Part shown: positions 17,589 to 27,355 of the stretch, piece by piece
How positions within the stretch are numbered: the first letter of the stretch is position 1
Layout: every line of letters starts with the position of its first letter
DNA from: Bacteroidota bacterium
GTDB taxonomy: Bacteria > Bacteroidota > Bacteroidia > Bacteroidales > B18-G4
Reading direction: 5' to 3'
Length of the DNA: 64,000 nucleotides
NCBI GenBank assembly: GCA_013202965.1
Contig: JABMQZ010000178.1
Coordinates: 24,344 to 88,343, forward strand
Program-made: the position numbers and the translations under genes
The notes under the pieces: model-generated
What the model saw: the letters and a program-made list of their open reading frames with translations, nothing else
Database searches by the model: none
Told to the model about the DNA's origin: nothing

Positions 17589-18872
17589 TTATTCCTCCCC
17601 GTCTTTCTCAAACCATTCCTGGATTGTATTTAAGAAACGTCTTTGCCTTGGTTGTTTGTCGGGTTTCTGCTTTCCTTTTTTCTTCTCGCCTTTTTGTGTT
17701 TCTTTTTCTTTTTCCTTTCCCAGGCGGGTGAAGCCTTCGATAACCAGGCCTATACCTGTAGAGTACATGGGACTGGCCATTTCATCAGGTACGTCATTGG
17801 CGAGATGTTCGTTGGGGTAACCGATTCTTGTATCCATTCCGGTGATAAATTCGGTTAATTGTGCAATATGCTTTAAGAGGGCTCCACCACCCGTTAGCAC
17901 GATGCCTCCGATCAGTTTTTTCTCATATCCTGAGTTTTTGATCTCATAATGGATGTGATCAATGATCTCTTCCATCCTGGCCTGGATAATGCTGGCCAGG
18001 TTTTTCAGTGTGATCTCTTTTGGTGTCCTGCCTCGTAACCCAGGGATGGCTACAACTTCCTCATCACGGTTTTCACTGGCAAGTGCCGAACCGAATTTTA
18101 CTTTCAGTTCTTCTGCATGTTTTTTGATAATGGTACAACCTTCTTTTACATCTTCTGTGATGATGTCACCACCGAAAGGGATTACAGCAGTATGCCTGAT
18201 GATCCCATCCTGGAAAATTGCTATATCAGTTGTTCCGCCACCAATATCAACCAGGGCTACGCCGGCTTCCTTTTCTTCGTCATTCAGGACGGCTTCGGCC
18301 GAAGCAATGGGTTCAAGGACGAGATCCACCACTTCGAGGCCCGCTTTCCTGACACATTTATAAATGTTCTTGGCTGCAGCCGTCTGCCCAATGATAATAT
18401 GAAAGTTGGCCTCGAGCGAGTTACCCAACATGCCTACCGGTTGCTTAATGCCCTGTTCAGCATCAATGATATATTCCTGAGGGATCACATCGATGATCTC
18501 TTCGCCCGGAGCCATATTCAGGTTATACATGTTTGCATTCAGCGTGTCGATGTCATTTTGATTGATCTCCTCGTCAATATTTTTGCGAATGATGCTGCCA
18601 TGATGTTGCAGGCTTTTTATATGCTGCCCTGCAATGCCAACATTTACATATTTAATATCCACTCCTGATTTTAACTCTGCCTGTTCTATCGCAATCTTTA
18701 TGGAGTTCACAGTGTGTTCGATATTAGAAACCATCCCCCTTTTCACACCAATTGATTCTGTGCGTCCGTGACCGATGATCTCTATCTTGCAATGCTCGTT
18801 CTTCTGGCCAACGATAGCTGCGATTTTGGTTGTTCCAATGTCAAGTCCTACAATAATTTCTGAATTTTCCAT
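17589..18872 (-). CDS. ftsA: Cell division protein FtsA
   Basis: 427 aa with the actin-fold motifs VGLDIGTTKIAAIV and VDIGGGTTDIA. It has a basic C-terminal tail with an amphipathic FLNTIQEWFEK segment. Confidence 0.95.
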   Translation of the reverse strand: MENSEIIVGLDIGTTKIAAIVGQKNEHCKIEIIGHGRTESIGVKRGMVSNIEHTVNSIKIAIEQAELKSGVDIKYVNVGIAGQHIKSLQHHGSIIRKNIDEEINQNDIDTLNANMYNLNMAPGEEIIDVIPQEYIIDAEQGIKQPVGMLGNSLEANFHIIIGQTAAAKNIYKCVRKAGLEVVDLVLEPIASAEAVLNDEEKEAGVALVDIGGGTTDIAIFQDGIIRHTAVIPFGGDIITEDVKEGCTIIKKHAEELKVKFGSALASENRDEEVVAIPGLRGRTPKEITLKNLASIIQARMEEIIDHIHYEIKNSGYEKKLIGGIVLTGGGALLKHIAQLTEFITGMDTRIGYPNEHLANDVPDEMASPMYSTGIGLVIEGFTRLGKEKEKETQKGEKKKGKQKPDKQPRQRRFLNTIQEWFEKDGEE

Positions 18873-18876
18873 GCTC

Positions 18877-19659
18877 CTATGTTTTTGAACAAATTACTTG
18901 ATTTGTATATTTTAGATCGATGGATTTATAATCTATCCATCCTGCTTTTCCTGCCCCTTTTCTGTAAAAAGTGACAAGCTTTTCAAATTTTTCTTCCATA
19001 TTTTCCATTGTCCCGAAATGGATGGTGTAATTACCGATCATGGGGGTCATCTCCAGTTCCCCTGAAGCATTGACCCATATCTGCCCGATCATCCGCTTGA
19101 TAAATGGAGATCCTTTCATGTACGCAGCCATCTCCCAAAGCTCTTTAACAATGGAATTTGCAGCCAAAGAGTCTACATGCAGCTGAGGACTGCCAAGATC
19201 AGATATGCCATCATTGATGTTGCCATTTGCAATGATGACCCTGGCAGGATGGCCCGTGTTGAGGGGCATCAGGTAGCCTTCCGTATCAATATAATAGCTG
19301 CGCTTGTTTTTGTTTGTTATTCTGATCAGGGCTTGCCGAAGGATGATCCTGATATTCAGGCGCCCTGAAATTTCTGTCTGGATATCTGCGCTTTTTATGT
19401 AAGGAATGCTATTCAGTATGCGCCGGATCTCATTAAAATCAATCTCTGCGAGTGTCTTTCCTTTTAGTGTGTCTGTTCGGATGATGATCATTTCACTTAG
19501 CTCTTCTGCAGTGATCAGATGATCCGTGTCCGGACCCACTATACTGAGATCAAAACTATGACAGATGGTTTCATTGTGTTTTTGTCCGATGAAGGTCAAC
19601 AACACAATCACCCCTGCAATGAGCAGCATCCAGAATGATATCCGTAATATCTTTTTCAT
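18877..19659 (-). CDS. ftsQ: Cell division protein FtsQ (POTRA-type)
   Basis: 260 aa with a single N-terminal TM helix. It sits between murC and ftsA in the dcw cluster. The call rests mostly on position and architecture. Confidence 0.75.
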   Translation of the reverse strand: MKKILRISFWMLLIAGVIVLLTFIGQKHNETICHSFDLSIVGPDTDHLITAEELSEMIIIRTDTLKGKTLAEIDFNEIRRILNSIPYIKSADIQTEISGRLNIRIILRQALIRITNKNKRSYYIDTEGYLMPLNTGHPARVIIANGNINDGISDLGSPQLHVDSLAANSIVKELWEMAAYMKGSPFIKRMIGQIWVNASGELEMTPMIGNYTIHFGTMENMEEKFEKLVTFYRKGAGKAGWIDYKSIDLKYTNQVICSKT

Positions 19660-19661
19660 GC

Positions 19662-21017
19662 TTATGATTTCAATGCTTGTTTGATGGGGTTCACCATTTG
19701 CTCAATGTCTCCAGCTCCCATGCTGATCAATACTTCTGGTTTTAGCTTTTTTATCACATCCGCTAGATCTTCTTTTGTACTTATTTGCTTATTTGAAATG
19801 TTCATCTTGCCCAGCAGCAATGCAGCATTCACTCCCTCTATCGGCGCTTCTCTTGCAGGGTAGATATCCAGTAAAATGACCTCGTCGAATAAATCCAGGC
19901 TGGCTGCAAACTCAGCTGCAAGATCCCTGGTTCTGCTGTAAAGGTGTGGCTGAAATACAGCTGTGATCTTTTTGCCCGGATAAATGGCTCTCGCTGCACT
20001 GATACAGGCGGTGATCTCTTCAGGATGATGAGCATAGTCATCAATAAAGACAAGGCCTTCCTCCTGGATGATAAATTCAAAACGCCGCTTTACACCCTTG
20101 TAGGTCTCCAGCCCTTCTTTGATCTCTTGCATGCTCAAACCTGCCTGTAGGCATACTGCTGCAGCTGCAACAGCATTTTCTATATTATGCTGTCCGGGTA
20201 CCTGCAGGCTGATCCTGGTTTTTTCATTGCTTTTCAGGTGAAGGTCAAAGTAAAAATGCTTTTCACTGACACCGGCATTGCCGATGCGCAGGTCTGCATC
20301 CTGGCTTTTGCCATAAATTATGGCTCCTTCCGGGACCGGGATTTGTTTTGTTACATCTTCATGGATGATCAGCGAGCCACCGGGCTTTATTTGTGATACA
20401 AATTTTGTAAATGAATCCCTGAGTTGCTCCAGCGATCCGTAAATGTCGAGGTGGTCTGCAGCCAATGTTGAAATAACAGCAATTTTTGGATGAAGCTTGT
20501 GAAAAGAACGGTCATATTCATCCGCTTCAGCAATAAGAAACCTGCTGTTTTCATTCTTGATGAAATTCGTATTGTAATTATTCATCATCCCACCAATGAA
20601 TGCTGTTACAGGAAATTTAGCATCTTGCATGATGTGGGTGATCATCGAGGAGATCGTGGTTTTCCCATGCGTTCCCGCTACGGCGATGGTTTCGTGATCT
20701 TCTGCGATCATGCCCAGTACCTCTGCTCGCTTTTTGATGTTAAAATCAACTTCTCTGCAATAGCTAAGCTCCATGTTCGAATCCGGTATGGCCGGGGTGT
20801 AGATGACCAGGTTGGCGTCGCAGGGAATGTATGCAGGATCATCACGGTAATGGATGTTCATGCCTTCCTGCTCCAGTTGTCGTGTCAGTGGGGTAGAGGT
20901 TTTGTCATAGCCGGAAACCTCTTTTCCCAGTTGCCGGTAATATCTGGCGAGGGCACTCATCCCGATGCCGCCTATACCGATCAGATACACGGTGCTGATT
21001 TTTTGTTTTTCCATCAT
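19662..21017 (-). CDS. murC: UDP-N-acetylmuramate--L-alanine ligase
   Basis: 451 aa with GIGGIGMSALA and AVAGTHGKTT (Mur ligase P-loop). Confidence 0.95.
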   Translation of the reverse strand: MMEKQKISTVYLIGIGGIGMSALARYYRQLGKEVSGYDKTSTPLTRQLEQEGMNIHYRDDPAYIPCDANLVIYTPAIPDSNMELSYCREVDFNIKKRAEVLGMIAEDHETIAVAGTHGKTTISSMITHIMQDAKFPVTAFIGGMMNNYNTNFIKNENSRFLIAEADEYDRSFHKLHPKIAVISTLAADHLDIYGSLEQLRDSFTKFVSQIKPGGSLIIHEDVTKQIPVPEGAIIYGKSQDADLRIGNAGVSEKHFYFDLHLKSNEKTRISLQVPGQHNIENAVAAAAVCLQAGLSMQEIKEGLETYKGVKRRFEFIIQEEGLVFIDDYAHHPEEITACISAARAIYPGKKITAVFQPHLYSRTRDLAAEFAASLDLFDEVILLDIYPAREAPIEGVNAALLLGKMNISNKQISTKEDLADVIKKLKPEVLISMGAGDIEQMVNPIKQALKS

Positions 21018-22132
21018 TTTCCCAACAGTTTTATCACTTCATCCACTATCTTTTCAGTTGCATCGGGCCTTGCCAGTTTTAGAATATTTTCCCGCATAAC
21101 TTTTTGCCTGTCTTCATCTTTCAATAATGAAAGCAGGCTCATGCTCAGTTTTTCGTCCAGTTCATCATCCCTGATCACCAGAGCTGCATCTTTTTCTTTC
21201 AGTGCCATGGCATTTTTCGTCTGGTGATCTTCAGCTGCAGTGGGCAAAGGAACGAGTACCAAAGGATTCCCGGCAATACATAACTCTGAAATAGCAATGG
21301 CTCCCGCGCGGGATAATACAATGTCTGCAACAGCGTAAGCCAGGTCCATTCTTGAAATAAAATCAAATACTTTCAGCTGTTCAGCACGGGATGCTGTCAG
21401 GGAACCGGCTGTTTCAACAGCAATTTCATAAAATGACTTGCCGCATTGCCATATGATCTGTACACCTGTTGCAAGAATTTCATCCAACTGTTTTGCCAGG
21501 GCCCGGTTCACCGATCTTGCTCCCTGGCTGCCTCCTACTACCAGTATTGTTTTCAGGTTTTCCTTCAGGCCGAAGAAACGAAGGCCTTCATCTTTCTTGC
21601 CTTTCATTTCTATAATATCTTTTCTGACCGGATTTCCGGTGATCACGATACTTGCAGAAGGAAAATATTTTTCCATTCCTTCAAAAGCAACACATATCTT
21701 GTTTACGGTCCTGCTGAGGATCCTGTTGGTGATGCCGGGAAATGAATTCTGTTCCTGGATCAGTGAGGGGATGCCTCTGCGTGAGGCCACCCGTAGCATG
21801 GGCCCACTGGCATATCCTCCGGTTCCGATGGCTACATCCGGTTTAAATTTTCTGATGATACTGCGGGCTTTCATGATACTTGAAATAAGCTTGAATGGGA
21901 AGGAAAGATTTTTCCATGTCAGCTTTCGCTGTATGCCACTGATCCATAATCCTTCAATAGCGTAACCGGCAGCCGGTACTTTTTCCATTTCCATTCGTCC
22001 CTTTGCTCCGATAAAAAGAATATCGGCATTTCCCAGGCGCATCTTCAGGCCATCGGCAATGGCTATTGCCGGAAAGATGTGTCCACCTGTTCCACCTCCG
22101 CTTATAATGATCTTTTTGTCAGGCCGCGACAT
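21014..22132 (-). CDS. murG: UDP-GlcNAc:lipid I N-acetylglucosaminyltransferase
   Basis: 372 aa with SGGGTGGHIFPAIA. There is a 4 nt overlap with murC. Confidence 0.95.
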   Translation of the reverse strand: MSRPDKKIIISGGGTGGHIFPAIAIADGLKMRLGNADILFIGAKGRMEMEKVPAAGYAIEGLWISGIQRKLTWKNLSFPFKLISSIMKARSIIRKFKPDVAIGTGGYASGPMLRVASRRGIPSLIQEQNSFPGITNRILSRTVNKICVAFEGMEKYFPSASIVITGNPVRKDIIEMKGKKDEGLRFFGLKENLKTILVVGGSQGARSVNRALAKQLDEILATGVQIIWQCGKSFYEIAVETAGSLTASRAEQLKVFDFISRMDLAYAVADIVLSRAGAIAISELCIAGNPLVLVPLPTAAEDHQTKNAMALKEKDAALVIRDDELDEKLSMSLLSLLKDEDRQKVMRENILKLARPDATEKIVDEVIKLLGK

Positions 22133-23282
22133 AATCTTCTATATTTTCAGGTTTAGTATCAATTTCCTTACTTACACTCAATATGATCCCCAGGGCAATG
22201 CTGGTAAACCATATGGAAGTACCACCCATGCTGACAAGTGGCAATGGCTGGCCGGTAACGGGAATAAGGTTTACGGCAACAGCCATGTTGATCATGGCCT
22301 GGAATACCAGGCTAAACCCGACTCCCATCGTCATGAAGGCTCCGAAATTTCGAGGGATCTTCGTAACTATTCTCACTACTCTGAAAAGCAGGATCAGGTA
22401 AAGCAGCACAAGAAATGCTCCGCCAAGAAGTCCGTATTCTTCCACGAATATTGCGAAGATGAAGTCGGAATAGGGGTGGGGTAAAAAATTTCTCTGGGTG
22501 CTGTTACCCGGAAACTTTCCCAGTACCCCGCCGGAGGCGATGGCGATCTTAGCCTGTTCTACCTGGTAGTTCTTATCACTGTCTATATTTTCTTTATCTG
22601 TAAATGCAGTCAGGCGCGCTCCCCAGGTATTAGCCCTTGGCAAAAGATCGGGGTATGCACTGGCCAGAAGCAGCAAAAGCGTAAAACTAACCACTCCAAT
22701 GCCAATCAGGGAGAAAATATATTTCAGACTTACCCTGCCAATGAACATAATCACGAGACTGGTTGCAAAAAGCATGGCTGCGGTGGAAAAGTTGGCAGGC
22801 AGGATCAGTCCGCAAATGATGATCACCGGTATCATCATCGGAAGGAATGCTGATTTAAAATCCTTAATGCTGTCCTGTTTCTTGCTCAAAAGACGGGCCA
22901 GGTACATGATCAGAGTAAGCTTCGCAAGATCGGAAGTTTGAAATGTCAGGTTAAATGGCAGGGGCAATACCCTTTTTGCTTCGTTGAGGTCCAGCCCGAC
23001 AAAGAGGGTCAGTACCAGCAGGGGTACGGCAATATATAATGCGATCTGAAATATCCTGCTGAAATATGTGAACTTAATAAGATGCGTGAAATACATGATC
23101 AGGAAACCAAACAATAGAATGATCAGGTGCTTGAGCATATAATATTCTGTATTCCCCGACTGATATTTATAGGCCAGGGTTCCGGTGGAACTGTATACCG
23201 TAAGCAGGGAAAAGATAGAAAGCAGTATGACCACCGCCCAAATCACCTTATCACCCCTGATATTTCCCAGTATTTTTGACAT
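22119..23282 (-). CDS. ftsW: SEDS-family cell division protein FtsW
   Basis: 387 aa polytopic protein with FIFAIFVEEYG and PLPLVSMGGTS (FtsW/RodA family). It is in the dcw position between murD and murG. Confidence 0.92.
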   Translation of the reverse strand: MSKILGNIRGDKVIWAVVILLSIFSLLTVYSSTGTLAYKYQSGNTEYYMLKHLIILLFGFLIMYFTHLIKFTYFSRIFQIALYIAVPLLVLTLFVGLDLNEAKRVLPLPFNLTFQTSDLAKLTLIMYLARLLSKKQDSIKDFKSAFLPMMIPVIIICGLILPANFSTAAMLFATSLVIMFIGRVSLKYIFSLIGIGVVSFTLLLLLASAYPDLLPRANTWGARLTAFTDKENIDSDKNYQVEQAKIAIASGGVLGKFPGNSTQRNFLPHPYSDFIFAIFVEEYGLLGGAFLVLLYLILLFRVVRIVTKIPRNFGAFMTMGVGFSLVFQAMINMAVAVNLIPVTGQPLPLVSMGGTSIWFTSIALGIILSVSKEIDTKPENIEDYVAA

Positions 23283-23290
23283 CTTTATTA

Positions 23291-24634
23291 TTATAATCCG
23301 TTTATTGCTTCTTTAAATTGATTTCCACGATCTTCAAAGTTTTCAAAAAGGTCGAAGCTGGCACAGGCTGGCGACAACAGTACACAATCTCCTTTCTTGC
23401 TCAGGTAAAGAGCCGTTTGAACTGCCACATCCATAGAACGCGTTTCAATGATGGTATCAACCATATCTGCAAATGCATTACGGATATGCTTATTGTCTTC
23501 TCCCAGGCAAACGATGGCCTTTACCTTGCTCTTTACCATATCGAACAGCATTGAATAATCATTTCCCTTGTCGATGCCACCCGCGATCCATATCACTTCC
23601 TTTTGCATGCTTTCCAGGGCATACCAAGCTGAGTTGATATTGGTAGCCTTGGAATCGTTGATGAATTCTATGCCCTGGATGATGGCCACATGTTCCAGCC
23701 TGTGTTCAATGTTCTGAAAATCGCTAAGGCTTTCCTGTATTTCGTTTTTACTAATATCAAGGAGCCTCCCTGCAATGGCTGCTGCCATCGAATTATAAAT
23801 ATTGTGCCTTCCTTGTAATGCTAAGCTTTCTAAAGTCATAATTTGTTTATTTGATTGAATATTTATAATTATGTTATTATCTTCTAAACAAGCTCCTTCA
23901 CCTTCAATGACATTGTTGATACTGAAAGGGATCATTCGGGGCCTAAGCAGATCTTCCCGGATCTTTTTAGCAATTACCTGGTCATCCATGCAATAGATGA
24001 AGGCATCTTCATCACCCATATTCCGGAGGATCCTGAACTTCGATGCCGCATAATCATCAAAAGAATAATTGTAGCGGTCGAGATGGTCAGGAGTGATGTT
24101 CAGCAGGATAGCGATATCAGCTTTGAAGCTAAACATTCCATCGAGCTGAAAACTGCTGATCTCCAATACGAAATACCTGTGATCCTGTTTTGCAAGCTCC
24201 ATGGCAAAGCTATTTCCCACATTTCCCGCAACAGCGACATCCAATCCGGCTTTTTTCAGGATATGATGCGTGAGCAGGGTAGTGGTAGTTTTACCGTTCG
24301 ATCCTGTGATGCAGATCAACTTCGCCTTTGTGAAGCGTGCAGCGAATTCGATCTCAGATAGTAGCGGAATGCCCTTTTGCCTGATCTTTTTTACCAGGGG
24401 CGCCTGATCCGGGATCCCGGGACTTTTGATTACTTCCCTTGCCTGCAGGATACGATTCTCCGAGTGTTTCCCTTCTTCAAAATCAATGTCAAAATGTGAA
24501 AGAACGTCTTTGTATTTTTCTTTTATGCTGCAGTTGTCGGAAACAAAAACATCAAAACCTTCCTTCCTGGCAAGCACGGCCGCTCCCACACCACTTTCCG
24601 CGGCTCCAAGGATGATAATGTTGTTGGTTTCCAT
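23291..24634 (-). CDS. murD: UDP-N-acetylmuramoylalanine--D-glutamate ligase
   Basis: 447 aa with an N-terminal GAAESGVGAA dinucleotide-type loop and ITGSNGKTTT. Confidence 0.94.
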   Translation of the reverse strand: METNNIIILGAAESGVGAAVLARKEGFDVFVSDNCSIKEKYKDVLSHFDIDFEEGKHSENRILQAREVIKSPGIPDQAPLVKKIRQKGIPLLSEIEFAARFTKAKLICITGSNGKTTTTLLTHHILKKAGLDVAVAGNVGNSFAMELAKQDHRYFVLEISSFQLDGMFSFKADIAILLNITPDHLDRYNYSFDDYAASKFRILRNMGDEDAFIYCMDDQVIAKKIREDLLRPRMIPFSINNVIEGEGACLEDNNIIINIQSNKQIMTLESLALQGRHNIYNSMAAAIAGRLLDISKNEIQESLSDFQNIEHRLEHVAIIQGIEFINDSKATNINSAWYALESMQKEVIWIAGGIDKGNDYSMLFDMVKSKVKAIVCLGEDNKHIRNAFADMVDTIIETRSMDVAVQTALYLSKKGDCVLLSPACASFDLFENFEDRGNQFKEAINGL

Positions 24635-24640
24635 TCAATT

Positions 24641-25879
24641 TTATCTCAGTTTTAATGTGATGATTGTAAGAATAGCCAGCATGATCCCTACGATCATAAA
24701 GCGCTGGACGATCTTTGGCTCAGCATAGCCGAGTATCTGAAAATGATGATGCAGGGGTGACATCTTAAAGATGCGTTTTCCGGCACCGAATTTCTTTTTT
24801 GTGTATTTGAAATAGCCTACCTGCATGATCACCGACAGGCTTTCAACCAGGAAGATCCCGCAAAGTATAGGGATCAGTAATTCCTTGCGGATCAGAATGG
24901 CGAAAACAGCAATGATCCCACCGATGGCCAGACTGCCTGTATCACCCATAAATACCTGCGCAGGGTATGAATTGTACCAGAGAAAGCCAATGCATGCACC
25001 GACGAAAGCACTGATGAAAATGGTGAGCTCACCTGTGTTAGGTATGTACATGATGTTCAGGTAATCGGCGAAAACAATGTTGCCTGATACCCATGCCAGG
25101 ACTGCGAGGGTTGCCCCGATGATGGCTGATGTCCCGGTGGCAAGGCCATCCATTCCATCGGTGAGGTTTGCACCATTGGATACTGCGGTAATGATAAGGA
25201 TCACAATCGGAATGAAGATGATCCAGGCCCAGTTTGCCGCTTCATCACCGATCCATGAAATCAGGATCTTGTAGTCGAGTTCATTATTCTTGAAGAAGGG
25301 AATGGTGGTTTTCTGCGATTTTATCTCTTCTCCGGAAAACGGGACTACTTTTTCACCATTCTCCATCATTTGCTCAATCACCATCGGATCAGTGATCTTT
25401 TCCTTGATCACAATGCCATCGTTAAAATACATGCTCATCCCGACTACAAGTCCAAGGATGATCTGGCCGAGCACCTTGTATTTTCCCGCCAGCCCTTTTT
25501 TATTCTTTCTGAATACCTTGATATAGTCATCAGCAAACCCGATCATCCCAAGCCAGACGGTGGTAAACAGCATCAGGATAATGTAGATATTGTGCAGTTT
25601 TGCAAAAAGCAGGGTGGGGATGAGTATGGCATTCAGGATGATCAGGCCCCCCATGGTCGGGGTGCCTTCTTTGTCCATTTGCCCTTCCAGTCCCAGGTTG
25701 CGGATCGTCTCTCCCACCTGCTTCCTGTTCAGGTAGCGAATCCAGCGCTTGCCAAATATCAGGGTAATGATCAGGGAAGTGATCACAGCCATGGCCGCCC
25801 TGAACGAAATGTACTGAAATACCCCCGCACCGGGGAAATCGCAGCATTCCTGAAGGTAATCGAACAAATAGTATAGCAT
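24641..25879 (-). CDS. mraY: Phospho-N-acetylmuramoyl-pentapeptide transferase
   Basis: 412 aa polytopic protein with [10 protein letters not shown] and [12 protein letters not shown]. Confidence 0.96.
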   Translation of the reverse strand: MLYYLFDYLQECCDFPGAGVFQYISFRAAMAVITSLIITLIFGKRWIRYLNRKQVGETIRNLGLEGQMDKEGTPTMGGLIILNAILIPTLLFAKLHNIYIILMLFTTVWLGMIGFADDYIKVFRKNKKGLAGKYKVLGQIILGLVVGMSMYFNDGIVIKEKITDPMVIEQMMENGEKVVPFSGEEIKSQKTTIPFFKNNELDYKILISWIGDEAANWAWIIFIPIVILIITAVSNGANLTDGMDGLATGTSAIIGATLAVLAWVSGNIVFADYLNIMYIPNTGELTIFISAFVGACIGFLWYNSYPAQVFMGDTGSLAIGGIIAVFAILIRKELLIPILCGIFLVESLSVIMQVGYFKYTKKKFGAGKRIFKMSPLHHHFQILGYAEPKIVQRFMIVGIMLAILTIITLKLR

Positions 25880-25885
25880 GGTCCT

Positions 25886-27352
25886 TTATGTAGTTTGTAT
25901 CAGAATTTCTTCCAATAGTTTTTTATCGTCAAATGGATACCTGACACCCTTGATCTCCTGGTACTTCTCATGCCCTTTTCCGGCAACGAGAATAATATCT
26001 CCCTTCTTTGCCAGGGCACAAGCTGTGCTGATCGCCTCTTTCCTATTGGTGATCACCAGTAATTTTTTGTAATCAATAGCCTCAACACCTGCTTTCATCT
26101 CATTGATGATCTCTGCAGGGTCTTCTGACCTGGGATTATCGGAGGTCAGGATCAGCTTGTCACTAAGCTGCCCGGCAATATTGCCCATCAGTGGCCTTTT
26201 GCTTTTGTCCCGATCACCACCGGCACCCACTACTGTGATGAGTTGTTCATTTCCGGTTCTGACGGTATTGATGGTGCGGAGTACATTTTGCAAAGCATCA
26301 GGGGTATGTGCGTAATCTACAATCACAGTGATCCCTCCGGCAGTACGGAAATGTTCAAACCTGCCTTCCGCTGTGTCCAGCTGGCTGAGGAGGGTGAGGA
26401 TCCGTTCCCGGTCCTGCTTCAGCAGGATGGCCGTTCCATATACCGCCATCAGGTTGTAGGCATTGAACTCACCAATGAGCTTACACCATATTTCTTTTCC
26501 GTCGATCCTGAGCATCATGCCATCAAGCAGGTTTTCCATTAGCGTGCCCCGGAAATCACAAACCGACTTCAGTCCGTAGGTATATTTGTCCGCCCTGGTA
26601 TTTTGCAACATGAACTTTCCGTTCTTATCATCTGCATTGGAAAGAGCAAAAGCTGTTGCAGGCAGCAAATCAAAAAAGGCTTTTTTAACTTTCAGATAAT
26701 TACTGAATTCACCGTGGTAATCCAGGTGATCATGCGTGATGTTGGTGAATATGCCTCCTGCAAATTTGAGTCCCGCGATACGCTTCTGGTCAATGGCATG
26801 TGAGCTCACTTCCATAAAACAATAGGTGCAACCTGCGTCTGTCATCTCTTTTAGAAGGCTGTTGAGTTGAATGGCATCAGGAGTGGTATGGGTTGCCTCT
26901 ATATCGCGATTATTGATCTTGTTCCCGATAGTCGAGATCAGTCCGGTGGCATAACCCAGCTCCGTGAACATCTGGTACAAAAGGCTGGCTATGCTTGTCT
27001 TGCCATTGGTGCCTGTAACACCGCAAAGAATAATGTTTTCGGAGGGATTTTGGTAAAAGTTTGATGCCATGATCCCGAGGGCGAGCGCACTGTCCTCAAC
27101 ACAGATATAAGTGATCTCATCGACAAGTTCATGTGGCAAATCTTCACAGACGATAACCCTGGCCCCATTTTCAATGGCTGAGGGAATGAAGCTGTGTGCA
27201 TCTACAGCAGTTCCCTTACGGGTAATGAATACAGAACCACTTCCAAGCTGCCTCGAATCAAGGCAAATGGAGTTTGCCTTGATGTTGGTGGATCCATGGA
27301 TCTCCCTGATGCTTACCTTATATAATATGTCTTTCAGTTTCATTTCATTCAT
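25886..27352 (-). CDS. murE: UDP-MurNAc-L-Ala-D-Glu:2,6-diaminopimelate ligase
   Basis: 488 aa with GVTGTNGKTS and DNPRSEDP. Confidence 0.94.
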   Translation of the reverse strand: MNEMKLKDILYKVSIREIHGSTNIKANSICLDSRQLGSGSVFITRKGTAVDAHSFIPSAIENGARVIVCEDLPHELVDEITYICVEDSALALGIMASNFYQNPSENIILCGVTGTNGKTSIASLLYQMFTELGYATGLISTIGNKINNRDIEATHTTPDAIQLNSLLKEMTDAGCTYCFMEVSSHAIDQKRIAGLKFAGGIFTNITHDHLDYHGEFSNYLKVKKAFFDLLPATAFALSNADDKNGKFMLQNTRADKYTYGLKSVCDFRGTLMENLLDGMMLRIDGKEIWCKLIGEFNAYNLMAVYGTAILLKQDRERILTLLSQLDTAEGRFEHFRTAGGITVIVDYAHTPDALQNVLRTINTVRTGNEQLITVVGAGGDRDKSKRPLMGNIAGQLSDKLILTSDNPRSEDPAEIINEMKAGVEAIDYKKLLVITNRKEAISTACALAKKGDIILVAGKGHEKYQEIKGVRYPFDDKKLLEEILIQTT

Positions 27353-27355
27353 GTC

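Noticed and set aside
20490-21227. 245 aa plus-strand ORF across the murC/murG junction
   Set aside because: It is antisense to two canonical Mur genes and has no recognisable domain. Long shadow ORFs are expected opposite highly expressed, codon-biased genes.
25886-27352. Absence of murF and ddl from the dcw cluster as a possible deletion
   Set aside because: The order mraZ-rsmH-ftsL-ftsI-murE-mraY-murD-ftsW-murG-murC-ftsQ-ftsA-ftsZ without murF or ddl is, to my knowledge, the normal Bacteroidota arrangement. The junctions are tight (3-7 nt gaps or overlaps) with no scar.
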